A DNA stretch of 64,000 nucleotides, taken from the NCBI GenBank assembly GCA_037447605.1, contig CM074810.1:1088880-1152879 (forward strand), given 5' to 3'. The notes beneath the pieces were generated by a model, which was given only the letters and a program-made list of their open reading frames with translations, did no database searches and was not told the origin of the DNA. The position numbers were made by a program, and so were the translations under genes. The stretch comes from Zygnema circumcarinatum SAG 698-1b (Eukaryota > Plantae > Zygnematophyceae). How positions within the stretch are numbered: the stretch's first letter is position 1; the number at the start of each line of letters is the position of its first letter. Shown in pieces: positions 25,634 through 37,100 of this stretch.

Positions 25634-28600
25634 CTACTCAGCCATCGACCACCAAAAGCTCACAGAAAAGCTACGAGAGAGAGACCGCACGTAGTGCCAC
25701 CACTTCGGAGGGATATACAGCATCTCCCCCTCCTCCAAGACGCAGTCCCAATAACTAAGTTTGCAGAATCTTGGAAACCGCACATGGTCCGGTGCGTCCA
25801 AGTCGACCTGAACCCCAACACGCCCCAAAGTGCCTCCAAATACTCAAACAAAATGGGGCCCCAGAACTATAACCACAGTGCATTCTCCTCAACACTGCAC
25901 TATTAACAAGTTCCGCTTCTTCTTTCCAGCTCCATAGAATGCCCTGAGCTGCATTTTTATGCAGAACCATAGTCCAGAGGGTGCACTGTACCTGGCTCGA
26001 ATTATGAAGCATCATCTCAGTGTAAGGGTACATGTCTTCTCCTGCCTTGCTGCTGTAAAGCCGCACGTACTTCCGCCCCACCACCTGCGCAGAGCCTTCC
26101 ACTCCCACCGGTCACAACAGCCGTACTGCATTCGAAACCCTAACTCCTAACCCTTCCTCTCCTGCCACAACTGATTCAGCCTTTCCTCCTTACTTACAAC
26201 TGATTCAGCCTTTCCTACTTCCTTACAACTGATTCAGCCTTTCCTACTTCCTTACAACTGATTCAGCCTTTCCTCCTTTCTCACACCTGATTCAGCCTTT
26301 CCTCCTTTCTCACACCTGATTCAGCCTTTCCTTCTTCCTCACAACTGATTCAGCCATTCCTTCTTTCATTTTGCCATCTCTCATTCCACTAGAAGCTTAT
26401 AAGGGGTAGGGCAAGCCCTTGCCTGCGCGAGAAGGTTGTGGGGGGGGTCGCAGTGGAGGGGTGAGACAGTGCCGGCGGGGCCTATCCATGCATTCACAGC
26501 CTCTATGGACCCCAACGAGCAATACTCGGGGGGGCAGATGTCCTGCTTCAGTTGTGGAATCTGACCATGTTCAAGCAGACAGACACAATGCATGGCTTCA
26601 CATAAGGGAAGGCATCAGAGACCTGTTCGTCATCACTTTTGGAAAGGGTGGAATCGGTTGTAGGGTATGTTGAATAGCCGCAAGTAGAATGAAACATCGA
26701 CATTGACATTCTCTGATCGACCTTCTCGAACCTTCACTATGGTTTCAACATCTCGACAAGTAATCACATGCTCCGTTGAGGCTGGGGAGGTGCTTTGGGA
26801 ATACTCGGACTCACCTGCTCAAAGAGGGGATGCTGCGCTAAGTATCGAATAGATTCCTTTTTGCTGCTCATCTCTTCCCCATGCTCGTCCATGGGGGTGT
26901 CCAAATTACGATCACAAAGATGCCGGTCTATGAAATCCCCCACAGTTGTAAGCTCTTGCCTCCATCCCTCTGCCAAGTAGTGCTCCCCAACCTGCCACCA
27001 GTCTCCATCTCATGTCAATGCATAGTCTATTCGTCCAATCTTGAACGCTAACGAATGTGAAGCAGTCAGAAGTCATGCAACTGCAGTTACAGCTTTTCGA
27101 TTTTTCCAACTAGATTCTTATATGGAGCATGGGATTCACCTCTAGTGGAACTGTTCTTGCTCCTGCAACTTTTCGCAAGTAGGAGAGGTCCTGCCACCTC
27201 GCCATGGCTGGCCAGTGAGTGAGAGCACCTGTGATTATGGTCGGCACGGCGGGCAGCAAAATGTGCAGTAGAAATTCCTCAACTGAGGGTAAATTCTGCC
27301 TTGGAACAGAGCTTGACTGAAAAGAACCCGGAGGCAGATTGAGAGTGGGCTGATGGTTACGGGATTTTTTGGCATCTGGAAGTATCTGCTCTGCCAACAT
27401 CCCACAAGGAATTGAAACTGAGTTTAGATGACCTATCAACTGTTAGAACAAAGGATCCAAAACTGTTTCTGGATTTAAAAGCGGTCAAAGGACACCCTCT
27501 CTCTATTAAGTTTCAGTCTGAAGGTCCTTACATCACGCGCCAAGCTCGGCCCCTTCTGCTGCAGATGTTTATCTGCTGATTCTTCCAGATTGTCTCCTCT
27601 CTCCTCCTCTTTATCTATATTATGTTCGGCATAAATTATGGCATCAGCTTCATTGTGGCTGCTACGTTTTCGCTTCCGTCCCCCAGCCAATTCGCCTTCC
27701 AAATCATCATTGTCCTGCTTCATTACGTCACATTCTGCATCACGTTCTGAATGCAGTTGTGCAGGAATTTCATGTGCTGCATCTTTAGCAAACTCAGGGT
27801 TCATCGCCGGAAGGAAGTCTTGTGACACGCTTGGACCATCCTCTCCACTTTTCCGTCCAACCTCTGTGAAATCTTGTGTGCCACTCATCCCTTGTTCTAC
27901 AGAACGAATCAGCGCATCCACTTCTGGGCGAAACATTGGACCCCCCATGAGCACTGCCATATCGAGTGCTCGCATCGCCTCCAAACTCCGACTGCCAGCA
28001 TACTGCAATTGCACTCAATTTCCACTGGAAGTTACAATTGTACATTTGCTTTATAATTCAACAAAGTCATATCGCACATTGCAAAGGACAGTGGACAGGA
28101 TCCCTCTAATAAAGAACAACCATGAACGCTCAGTTTCAACGCAATGCTAGGAGGTATGCTCCCATACATCAGACATCGTCGACACGATATGCCAATGGAC
28201 GTGTTTGCCTTTCGATATATTTAACTAGTAGGATACATTCATTTATACATAAATCGAAGGCCTAAAGGAATCTGCTAACGTTTCCTGAATAAATCGTAGC
28301 ATTGGCTCTTCTCCCCATACAAAAGAACATAAATCTGTTCTATAAAGGTCAACCCACAAATTCTTTCCATTTGACTGTTCCACTAATGATAGCTTATCTT
28401 CAACACTCAACACAAGAAAAGGTCGTCTCTAACATACAAAGAGCCCACTCCCATTACTACCAGCAGTTAAGACAACAATACTTACAGCCTCCAGGGCTTG
28501 CAGAAGCCCAGCAAGAGCAAATGCGTCCCTCCATACGACCTTAACGTCTTTCCAAGGTCCAGAATGTAATGCTTCCCACGCCATTTCGTATGCAATTTGT

Positions 28601-28932
28601 AAACTATCTGATGCTATTTGAGAGCCTTTATCTCCTTGCATCTCCTCTGCATTTCGTAAAGGAGGATTATCTCCCTGAGCTGCGTCGCTCATCTGCATAA
28701 ATCTAGGGACAGAATCCGACCCCATCCCCACCTCCTTCTTCCCCAATCCCTCCTCTTTCCTCTCCCTCCAACCTGCAGGCTTAAGAATTTCCGATGCTCC
28801 TTTTGCTAGGTGGCGTCCACAGAGAGCTCCTCCTACTCGTCGGAGACAACAGCAGAGCTCTTCAAATCGCCCATCCGTCAGTACCCGTAAAGAGGGTAAC
28901 AGTAGTTCACTGCCCACTCCTTCACCCGCCAT
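25634..28932 (-). CDS. JMJD5: JmjC-only dioxygenase of the JMJD5/KDM8 (plant JMJ30/JMJ31) family
   Basis: Motifs [94 protein letters not shown] and [17 protein letters not shown]. The Fe(II)-binding H-x-D...H triad is intact. Confidence 0.93.
26167..26365. repeat. Intronic minisatellite, ~29-bp unit x7
   Basis: Tandem ACAACTGATTCAGCCTTTCCTACTTCCTT-like units inside a JmjC intron. Confidence 0.9.
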
Positions 28933-30089
28933 GAGGGAGAGGGAGGACGGGAAGGAATAGAGGGGGAAGCTGTCACTGCTACTCGATTTTAATTAGTAAT
29001 TCCTGGCTGCTTACAGGCGGAGGCCTCTACATAAGCCTTATCTGCTCCATTATTTAGTGCAAAAATGATGGCCGAACAAAGCGGCTTTGTTTGGGCCGTG
29101 TATGACGCTACAGGCAGACAGGCGGACGGCATATGTACTGCAAGGGAGAGCGTGTTGCAATCATCGATTGTGCAGGATTCATCTGCAGAGGGGAGCGGAC
29201 GGCAGAGGAAGACAAAGCTTTCTCAGGTACTTGCCATGTGCTTGAATTCCTCCGCTATGTGCTTGTAATGATGCTGACGTTTCCCTTGTTAATAAACGTT
29301 TGAGCTCGTTTGAGCTGCGGTCAACTCTTAATATTGTTTTCAAGATCGAAGCAATTTTGGATGCGAACCATCAGCCATTTCAGTGCTGTTTGCATCGTAT
29401 GAGTTTCTTAAACCACTAAAGAGCATTAACTCCTGCTTTTTAAGTCATTAATTAGGTGAACGCCATCAAAGTCAGCATGATTTTTTTTCAGCAGCAGTCT
29501 ACCCGCTTCTCTCTTGAGCTGCATTTTTCTTGACGTCGATACCCTTTACATGGCATATTTTCGAACTATTTTTTATCTTTTTTATGACGACGAGGAAAGA
29601 AGCTTTCCTCCTTAATGTGGAAAGAAGCTCTGCATTGTGCCCTCAACTTTGTCCAATCCATTACATGCAGGATTGAGAAAATCGAAGCAATTGAACTGAA
29701 CATCCGGCACCATGGTTTTCATTTCGTTCCAAAAACCAGGTCATAAAGCTATCAGCAACTGCCTAAACCAATCACAGTGAGTACTTGTCCAATTCCAACC
29801 TGACTTGGTCTCTTCTTTTTCGTTGGTTGCTACTTTCAAGTTGGAAAAAGTGAGTACTCTGCATGTGTGGGAGCTTCATATTGCCCATTCTTTGAGATTT
29901 TCCTGCATTGTCGATGCACAGAAATACCCAATCCATTGACAACGCTTCTCAAATATGCTTGCCTGCTTATTGTAATGGCTCTCACTGTTCGCACTGTACG
30001 GTCATTTGCTTTATGAGGTTGAGCTGAGCTTTTGAATGCCATTGAAGTGCTCAATTCTTAGTCGCCATGCATGGGTAGACCTCGGCCAG

Positions 30090-30755
30090 GTCTGGACAGT
30101 TCAACTATGATAAGAAGTATGTTGGAGCCACAAAGGATGGCGCGGAAGCGTTGGACGGAGTGGCCCTAACCGGCGACGGATATGTGCGCGACCACACCCG
30201 CGTGTGTGTGGGATCGGGGAGGGCCGCCTTCCATAAGTGCCGGGACATTGTCAGCAAGTGGGGGTAAGTGCCTTTCTTTCCACCATCTAAAGGGGAAAGA
30301 AGGAAGGGAAGGGAGGGGATGGGAGGGAAGAGAGGAGAGAACAGAAATTGGACTTTGTTCACGAAGGTTTGGGGCATCTGTTCACGCTGAATGTCATAGT
30401 TGCTTTCTTGTTGTTTGGGCTATGGTCGGTTTTCTTCTTTCAGGAATGGTTAGAGATCAGGACCATCCGATGACTAAGAAATGGTCTATAAGGCACAGCA
30501 ACTTGTCCATTGCTCGGGAGGTTTTTCACTCCAGACCTATTTCTGCACATGTAATAACTCGATGAATGCCGTGAATGTTCCTCTGTGAGCAGCCACTTCC
30601 AACTCGGATGGGCCCAAGTTGACCCTGCAACCCCACTCAAAGCTGGAGGTAAAGTTTGTGTATGCGGAAAATCTCTCTTTGTTTGGACCTTGAATCCATT
30701 GGAGATACTCTATGTGCATTCGAAAGCAGCAAAGGACGAAACACTTGAAGATGTA
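30090..30755 (+). CDS. DUF1990 / UPF0548 protein, partial (two internal exons; 3' part lost at the gap; first exon uncertain, possibly ~29065-29226)
   Basis: Exon 30090-30263 reads SGQFNYDKKYVG..RVCVGSGRAAFHKC..W. Exon from 30593 reads HFQLGWAQVDPATPLKAGGKVCVC..NPLEILYV. Both match the UPF0548 pattern as recalled. Confidence 0.8.
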
Positions 30756-30855
30756 NNNNNNNNNNNNNNNNNNNNNNNNNNNNNNNNNNNNNNNNNNNNN
30801 NNNNNNNNNNNNNNNNNNNNNNNNNNNNNNNNNNNNNNNNNNNNNNNNNNNNNNN
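30756..30855. other. Scaffold gap (100 N)
   Basis: N run. Further 10-N gaps at 37428-37437, 38998-39007, 41099-41108 and 41898-41907. Confidence 1.
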
Positions 30856-30960
30856 GGCATTGATCTCACTCTCGATGGCGATGCCATCAAATGTACGTGG
30901 ACAAAATCAGCAGCATGCGGAACCACGAGGAACTTGACGAGGGCATAAGACTACATAAAC
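30856..30960 (-). mobile_element. 3' end of a second copy of the CRE-like non-LTR element
   Basis: Its reverse complement (..CGTGGTTCCGCAT..CCACGTACATTTGATGGCATCGCCATCG) matches 48540-48600 (..CGTGGTTCCACAT..CCATGTAAATTTGATGGCCTCGCCATCG). Confidence 0.65.
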
Positions 30961-31174
30961 TACACACCTAAAATAAAATAAAAATAAAATTGAAGGAAAA
31001 GCTGAATATTCAAAATCTGAGGGGGACCTAAGTTCCCCTGGCACCCGTCCGACAGCCTCCCTCCCTCCCTCCCTCCCTCCCTCCCTCCCTCCCCCTCCCA
31101 ACAAAGCTTCCATGCTCTGCTCGTCCAACACTCAGAAGAAAATGTCAGGGAAAAAGGAACACGGAAAGGCCATT

Positions 31175-31285
31175 TTCCCGGGAAACGACTATTTACAGTG
31201 TCCTTGTTTTGAATGTAGTGTACTTTTTTGTCAGGCAACTCGTACAAAGGATTTTTGTTGCAAAAAATACTGTTTCCAATTTTTG
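31175..31285 (+). repeat. Dispersed repeat, with an inverted homologue at ~49000-49270 that is interrupted by a MITE
   Basis: GGAAACGACTATTTACAG..TGAATGTAGTGTACTTTTT..TACAAAGGATTTTT matches the reverse complement of 49015-49087 joined to 49249-49266. Confidence 0.7.
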
Positions 31286-32211
31286 TTATTCACAATTATT
31301 CATTAACAAGATGTTTCATTGTGTTTGCTGTTCTTTAAAATCACTAAATCGTCTTCTCTTTCACTTGTTTCGTGTACAGCAAAACTCCACCTTTTTTTTG
31401 TTCCCCATTCGACATCTACCATTTACCGCCGTAGCTGCAAGCAGACAATCACCAACTTTGCCTTATGCAGTGGAGAAGGAAAATAGTTTGCCATCACTGT
31501 CACGTGCAATCGTACTTACTATGACGAAACATGCTTCTTCTCTAACCAAAGTATGCCTTTATTACCACCTATTAACTCAAACCTTTCAAAGCATGCCCAA
31601 AGAGTTGTGAGGTTTGCCATTCACCTTCGTTTTTTGTCCTCCAAACACTTTCTCGTAATTTTTTTTTGTTTCTAACTACGATACAAGGGCACCTATGTTT
31701 TGTGCCGTCAACTTATAATTCACATCTGTATCGTCCTTGTTGCTGTAGATGGCTGCAATGTCGTTGGAGGTTGTCTGTTTGCGCTTCTTTGCTTTTATGC
31801 CCTGCTGAATCTCAATAACCAGAAACGCAAAGACACGATTACATTAGTCTTTTCCATAGTAATCAATATAAGAACATGACTCTTTGGGCATGCTTTGAAA
31901 GGTTTGAGTTAATAGGTCGTAATAAAGGCATACCTTGGTTGGAGAAGGAGCATGTTTCGTTGTATTAAGTACGATTGCACGCGACAGTGATGGCAAACTA
32001 TTTTTCTTCTCCACTGCATAAGGCAAAGTTGGTGATTGTTTGCTTGCAGCTACGGCGGTAAATGGTAAATGTCGAATGGGGAACAAAGGAAAGGTGGAGT
32101 TTTGCTGTATACGAAACAAGTGGAAGAGAAGACGATTTAGTGATTTTAAAGAACAGCAAACACAATGAAACATCTTGTTAACGAATAATTGTGAATAACA
32201 AAAATTGGAAA
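31273..32211. repeat. Long inverted repeat: 333-bp arms, 273-bp spacer
   Basis: Arms 31273-31605 and 31879-32211 are highly similar. The ORF track gives near-identical peptides on opposite strands (MFHCVCCSLKSLNRLLFHLF..). Confidence 0.92.
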
Positions 32212-32684
32212 AAGCCCTTAACCTCTTTACTGAACCAAGTTGTTGAAGGGCTCACCCGTTCCATACCACACCGTCCGCTAGGTTTGTCTGAAGGCAGATG
32301 ATCCCTAAAAGGGAAATTGCCCATTGCCCCTTGTAACAGCGGTATGCTTTGCAAGTTCAGACAAGCCGAAGACAAGGGAATAAGAGCAGTCGCGTTCTCC
32401 ATGCTTCCTTTAAGTGCAGTCCCGCCCTTTCTATTGGACCTCTCCCATGACAAATTCGCCCTTTAACACAAAATATCTTATAGAAATGAGGACCACGTCC
32501 AACAATTTTGGAAGTAGTAACAACTCATGTATGGGAAAGAGAGATCTTGTTTTCCCATTCAAGCCCAAAACATGTATGCTCTGTCCGCTTCCTCTTATGT
32601 TGCCTTCATCCATCCCCAAAAGGCTTGGAGGGTATGCACGAAGGAGAGACGCAGGCAGGAGGGAGTGGCATAGGAAGACAGGGT

Positions 32685-33050
32685 AAGGGAAGGGCAGGGG
32701 GGAGGGCAAAGGCAAGGCAAAGGAGAGGAAAGGAAAGGAGAGGAAAGGAAAAGAGAGGAAAGGAAAGGAAAGGAAAGGAAAGGAAAGGAAAGGAAAGGAA
32801 AGGAAGGGAAGGAAGGAAGGAAGAAGGAAAGGAAGGAGGAAGGGAAGGAAGGGCAAGAAAAGGCAGAGGAAGGGCAAGGAAGGGCAAGGAAAGGAAGGGA
32901 AAGGCAAAGAAAGGCAAGGAAGGGAAGGAAGGAGGGAAAGGCAAGGAAGGGCAAGGAAGGAAGAAGGGCAAGGAAAGGCAAGGAAAGGCAAGGAAGGGCA
33001 AGAAGGGCAAGGAAGGGCAAGGAAGGGAAAGGAAAGGCAAGGAACGAGGG
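32685..33050. repeat. Purine-only low-complexity tract (GGAAA/AAGGC/GGAA)n
   Basis: A nearly pure A/G plus strand that gives spurious ORFs in all frames. Confidence 0.9.
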
Positions 33051-34159
33051 AGCACCCTCAGGAAGTTAGCGTGTGGAAGTGCAGTCACATGTTGGTTTGA
33101 GTTCTTTCTGAAGGAGGGAAGGGCGCAGGCAGGTGGCGTCAGGCACAGAACCTCGGGCCATGGCGGGCGGCCGGATAAGGAGGGGGAGGGGGAGGTGGTG
33201 GGGGGTGGCTCGACGACAAGAGAGGGTCCCGGCGCGCGGGCGGGCGGGAAAACAACCATGACGTCACGTTGACGCGATTTTCGCCATTCTTTTCTTCGCA
33301 CGTCCATTTCGGCACCTCTTTTGGGTGCGAACAAAATCGTGCGAAGAAGTGCCCTTTTAAATAATCTCACGGGTTAATCCTCGGATGCGCCACCTGTTGA
33401 CCACATAGTTGACTTCCGTTCGGTTCGATTTGTTTGGGGTGTATGATTTTTAGTACTACATCTTTAATCGTAATATTAAAAACTCGATATTCGTAACATT
33501 TGGTAAAGTCTGATAACTTAATAGATACAGTACATATTTGTCGATGTACGGAAGGTGATTTGAATGTACTGTATGAAGTTGCGCGCTTATAAGGTATAAG
33601 GGCGCATTACGTGGGTCACATGATTGGTCGATAAACATATGATTGTGATAGACATAAGACCCTTGCCATATTTTCCACCTGTATATTTGGTAATTGACGC
33701 ACTCGATTTGCAGATAAGGTCTAATTACCATAGGTGATGGAAATCACATGAGTGGTAGTTCATTTTGTGTTGGATTGGATCGGATTGCATCATAGCGGCA
33801 TCGTTCTGCCATTTATCGCATTGATGGGATTGCATCGTGCAAACAGGAGACAGGAGATGAAGGGATGCTGTGAGTTACTGAGCAACCAAAAAACTTTGAG
33901 CGTAACGGCATTAACAGCGTACGCAGACCAGGTTGCATCGTGGCGACGCACCGCATCGAGACAGAGTGAGCAGAGCGAGCGTGCTGCACGGCGGCGTGCC
34001 ACAGTGGAGTCTGTGTCAGCCTGTGATGCAGACACTGAGCACGGTGCAGGATGGCTGTATGGGCTACACAAATAGTACGGCAGGCAGGACGGCTAACAGA
34101 AGCTACGCACAAAAAGGTGGTCCCGGCAAATCGGGGCGGACTCTTGGGACTTGGAGTGA

Positions 34160-37100
34160 CACCGAGCCGCTGCTCGATGGATCCCGCGCCAGCTCATTGA
34201 CTCTGACAGATGCCTTCGTGTCACGGATCAACGCAATCCATGGCTGCTGAACGCACATCGAGAGCAGCGGCGCCATGTGTGGTGGTCCACGGATCGGCAG
34301 CACTATCCAGCAAGGCGCACTCGGGAATACCGCTAAGGCCGCCGACTATGATTGCTGACCTAATTGAAGGTTTTGACGGGAGTCATCATGCCTTTAGTGG
34401 GTAGTTGGCTAATCCAGGACTTGCCACTACCAAGGTTTAAATACCATTGTCAGTGTTAGATGGGATGTCATGATGCTTGTTTGTCTTTTAGTGCTGGGCT
34501 TATATTTGTATTTGCTGTGTGGTTTGTTGTCTTGTTCTTCTTTCTTCTTTTCCTTTCTTTTTCAGTGAGTATAACATATGTCAGAAGCAAGAGAGAGAGA
34601 GAGAGAGTTCCATGCCACACAGAGAGAGAGAGAGAGAAAGAGTCTTCTTGCCACAGCACTCAATGCCCCATTCAGCCCAGCCAGACAAAGATTTCAGTGA
34701 AGACAATTTCATTGTAAATTGACATTCCCAGCGATCGCCGGTGGGGTGAGTTTCCAAATACCACCTTTATCTAAGTTGTGTCCCGTTTTCCCTCCGCCGT
34801 CACTATGCCAAGCCCCATCTTGTCTATCGCGCCGTATTGCTTTTAATGACCATGATTTATGAAGAAGCTGAGCCTAAGACACTAGCCAGGAGGACAGGAG
34901 AGGGTCCCCAAGAAAGGCTCTTTGGCGATCAAGTCGAGTCTGCCGCCTAACGTCTTCAGAAATCCCTATGCCTTCCGCCGCCACCTCTGAAATCTCTGGA
35001 TCTGGGCCTCATGCTTGGCAGGAGACCACAGCACCACCTGAAGCCCCACGCCAGCTTCAGGATTATGGTGTGAGTGCTGCAGCAGCAGCCTGGAGCCAGC
35101 TGGGCCACAGCCTTTGTTCCACCCACCATCTGTATCACAGCTTGCAGGTTTCTGAGATTGACTGCACCTTGACACGTGAGAGCCCTTTGAAATCTGACCC
35201 GTGTCAGAGTGGGGTCATGCATGTGGAGAGCTGCACAAGAGAGGAGCAGCAAGGCTTCACTGCTCTCAGGCTGCAGACTTGGGACCTCACAGATACTGCC
35301 ACCCAATATCAGACGGATCTTCAGTACTGTATAGAGAAACAATTACAGAAGATTGTAAGATGGGTATCACCGAATAGAACCCTTATCCCATCCGGCTACC
35401 TTGAGGAGACCGAGTCCACCGAAGAGTGAAGCGGCTTCAATCCAGGCATGATGGCCATAAACTTCGCTGGTACACTGACACGCCATGATCAAGCCTTGCA
35501 ATCGCTTCAGGCGCTGCGACGCCGCAGATGCCGTGATAGGAGAGGAGTGCTGTCCAACCTCAGACTCCCCACCGCGGCTGACGAGAGAGGAACATGTCAC
35601 GGGAGCTCAGCCAGGTCACTGGATGCGGGAAGCGGTTCAGCACAGGAGGAAGCAACGGGAGTCCTAGGAGAGCAAGGGGTCCCTGAGAAGACACCCTCAC
35701 CTCCGGCGCTCACAGTTACTGGATCTGCAGCCCCAGCGAGCGGCTTCAAGGGTAAGCAGGGGCGAGGCAGGGCCCTCGAGGCCTTCGGGTGAAAACTGGA
35801 GAGAAGCACACGAGCTAGATCTGAGTTTCCTAGGATGGTAAGAGGATGACGCAAATTGCATAGAATGGACCCAAGAGTGAGTGAGGGGATACCACGGGCA
35901 TCATTACAAGAGGCTTCACAGCGGCAAAGTAGGAAAGCACGGTAGAAGCGTGGCTTGAGACACCCCAGGAGAAGGTAGGCCAACAGAGACTTGGAAGGAA
36001 GACCAGCGGATCAAGCTGGCCCTTGGAGCGCTGGAAGGCGAGGCCGTCAACTGGAAGCTGTCCCGAAACTGGCACAAGGCGGATGTCGTCGGCAACCTGA
36101 CAAGGGACACATTCAAGCAAGCTTTCAGACAACGCTGGATTTCAGATCCGATCACGGTGCTAGACCGACTTCGCTACATAGAATGCTACAGTGATGAGCG
36201 GTTGTTTGAATTCACTGAGCGCTTTGTGCGCATGGCAAATACGATCGAGAACTTGCTTGACTTCTTTGAGTGCTCCAATGGTTCTGAAGATGTATCTATG
36301 AGAATGTCTCCACCCTGCATCGCAGTGTCAACCCACCCACATATGCCCAGGCTGTTACAAAAGGCCCAAATCAGAAGGATCAAGAGAGGGGCAATCGAGG
36401 CATTATACGACCACATTACATGAAACGCTACCGATCCAAGACAAGATCGACTTTACGTGAGCCCCGGAGAATATAATTAACAGCTGTTTTATTTACCACC
36501 CTATCAACAAGCCCTTCGTTTTTCTGCCTTTGCTGCTGCCATGCCCGGCAGCTCACTGTGCACCGCTTGGCTACACCAGCGTGAGCAAGCCCCTTCCCCT
36601 TTCCCCGTACCCTCATGATCCGGCGCATCCCATTGAGCCAGCGGTGAATCCTCACATACCAGATGTTTCTCGTCCAGGATATCGGGCTCCTTATTCCGAT
36701 CGCACACCCGAAGAGAGAGAAGCTGCCAGGGCCGATCTGCGCCGTCGGATGACAGAGGCAGGGGTTCCAGAGGGCGTCTGTCTTGCCTGCGGCCTGAATC
36801 ATAATCCGCGGCTGCGTTGCGGACCATGGACCTGCACCTTCTGCCAGATCACGGGACATGATGCCCGTGTGTGCATGCGGAGACTCTCAAGTGAGAAGGC
36901 CCGAAAAGGGAAAGAGGCAGCTGCAGGGAGCTCTCACCTGCAGAGATCACCTTCATGGATATGCTCCCGGCTGCTCCCACACCACCGAGAACACCGGCTC
37001 CCTTTCGCCCGCCTCCACCTCCTTCACCCGCTTACACCATCCTGCAACGACCACCTATCCATCTGCACCCCATGGACTCCCCTTCCCTGTCAAACGTATT

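Noticed and set aside
31182-31200. CACTGTAAATAGTCG as a CACTA/CACTG transposon terminus
   Set aside because: Homology with 49015-49270 continues on both sides, so it is internal to a dispersed repeat.
32431-33370. Long ORFs (186-254 aa) on both strands
   Set aside because: Products of a stop-poor purine/pyrimidine low-complexity tract.
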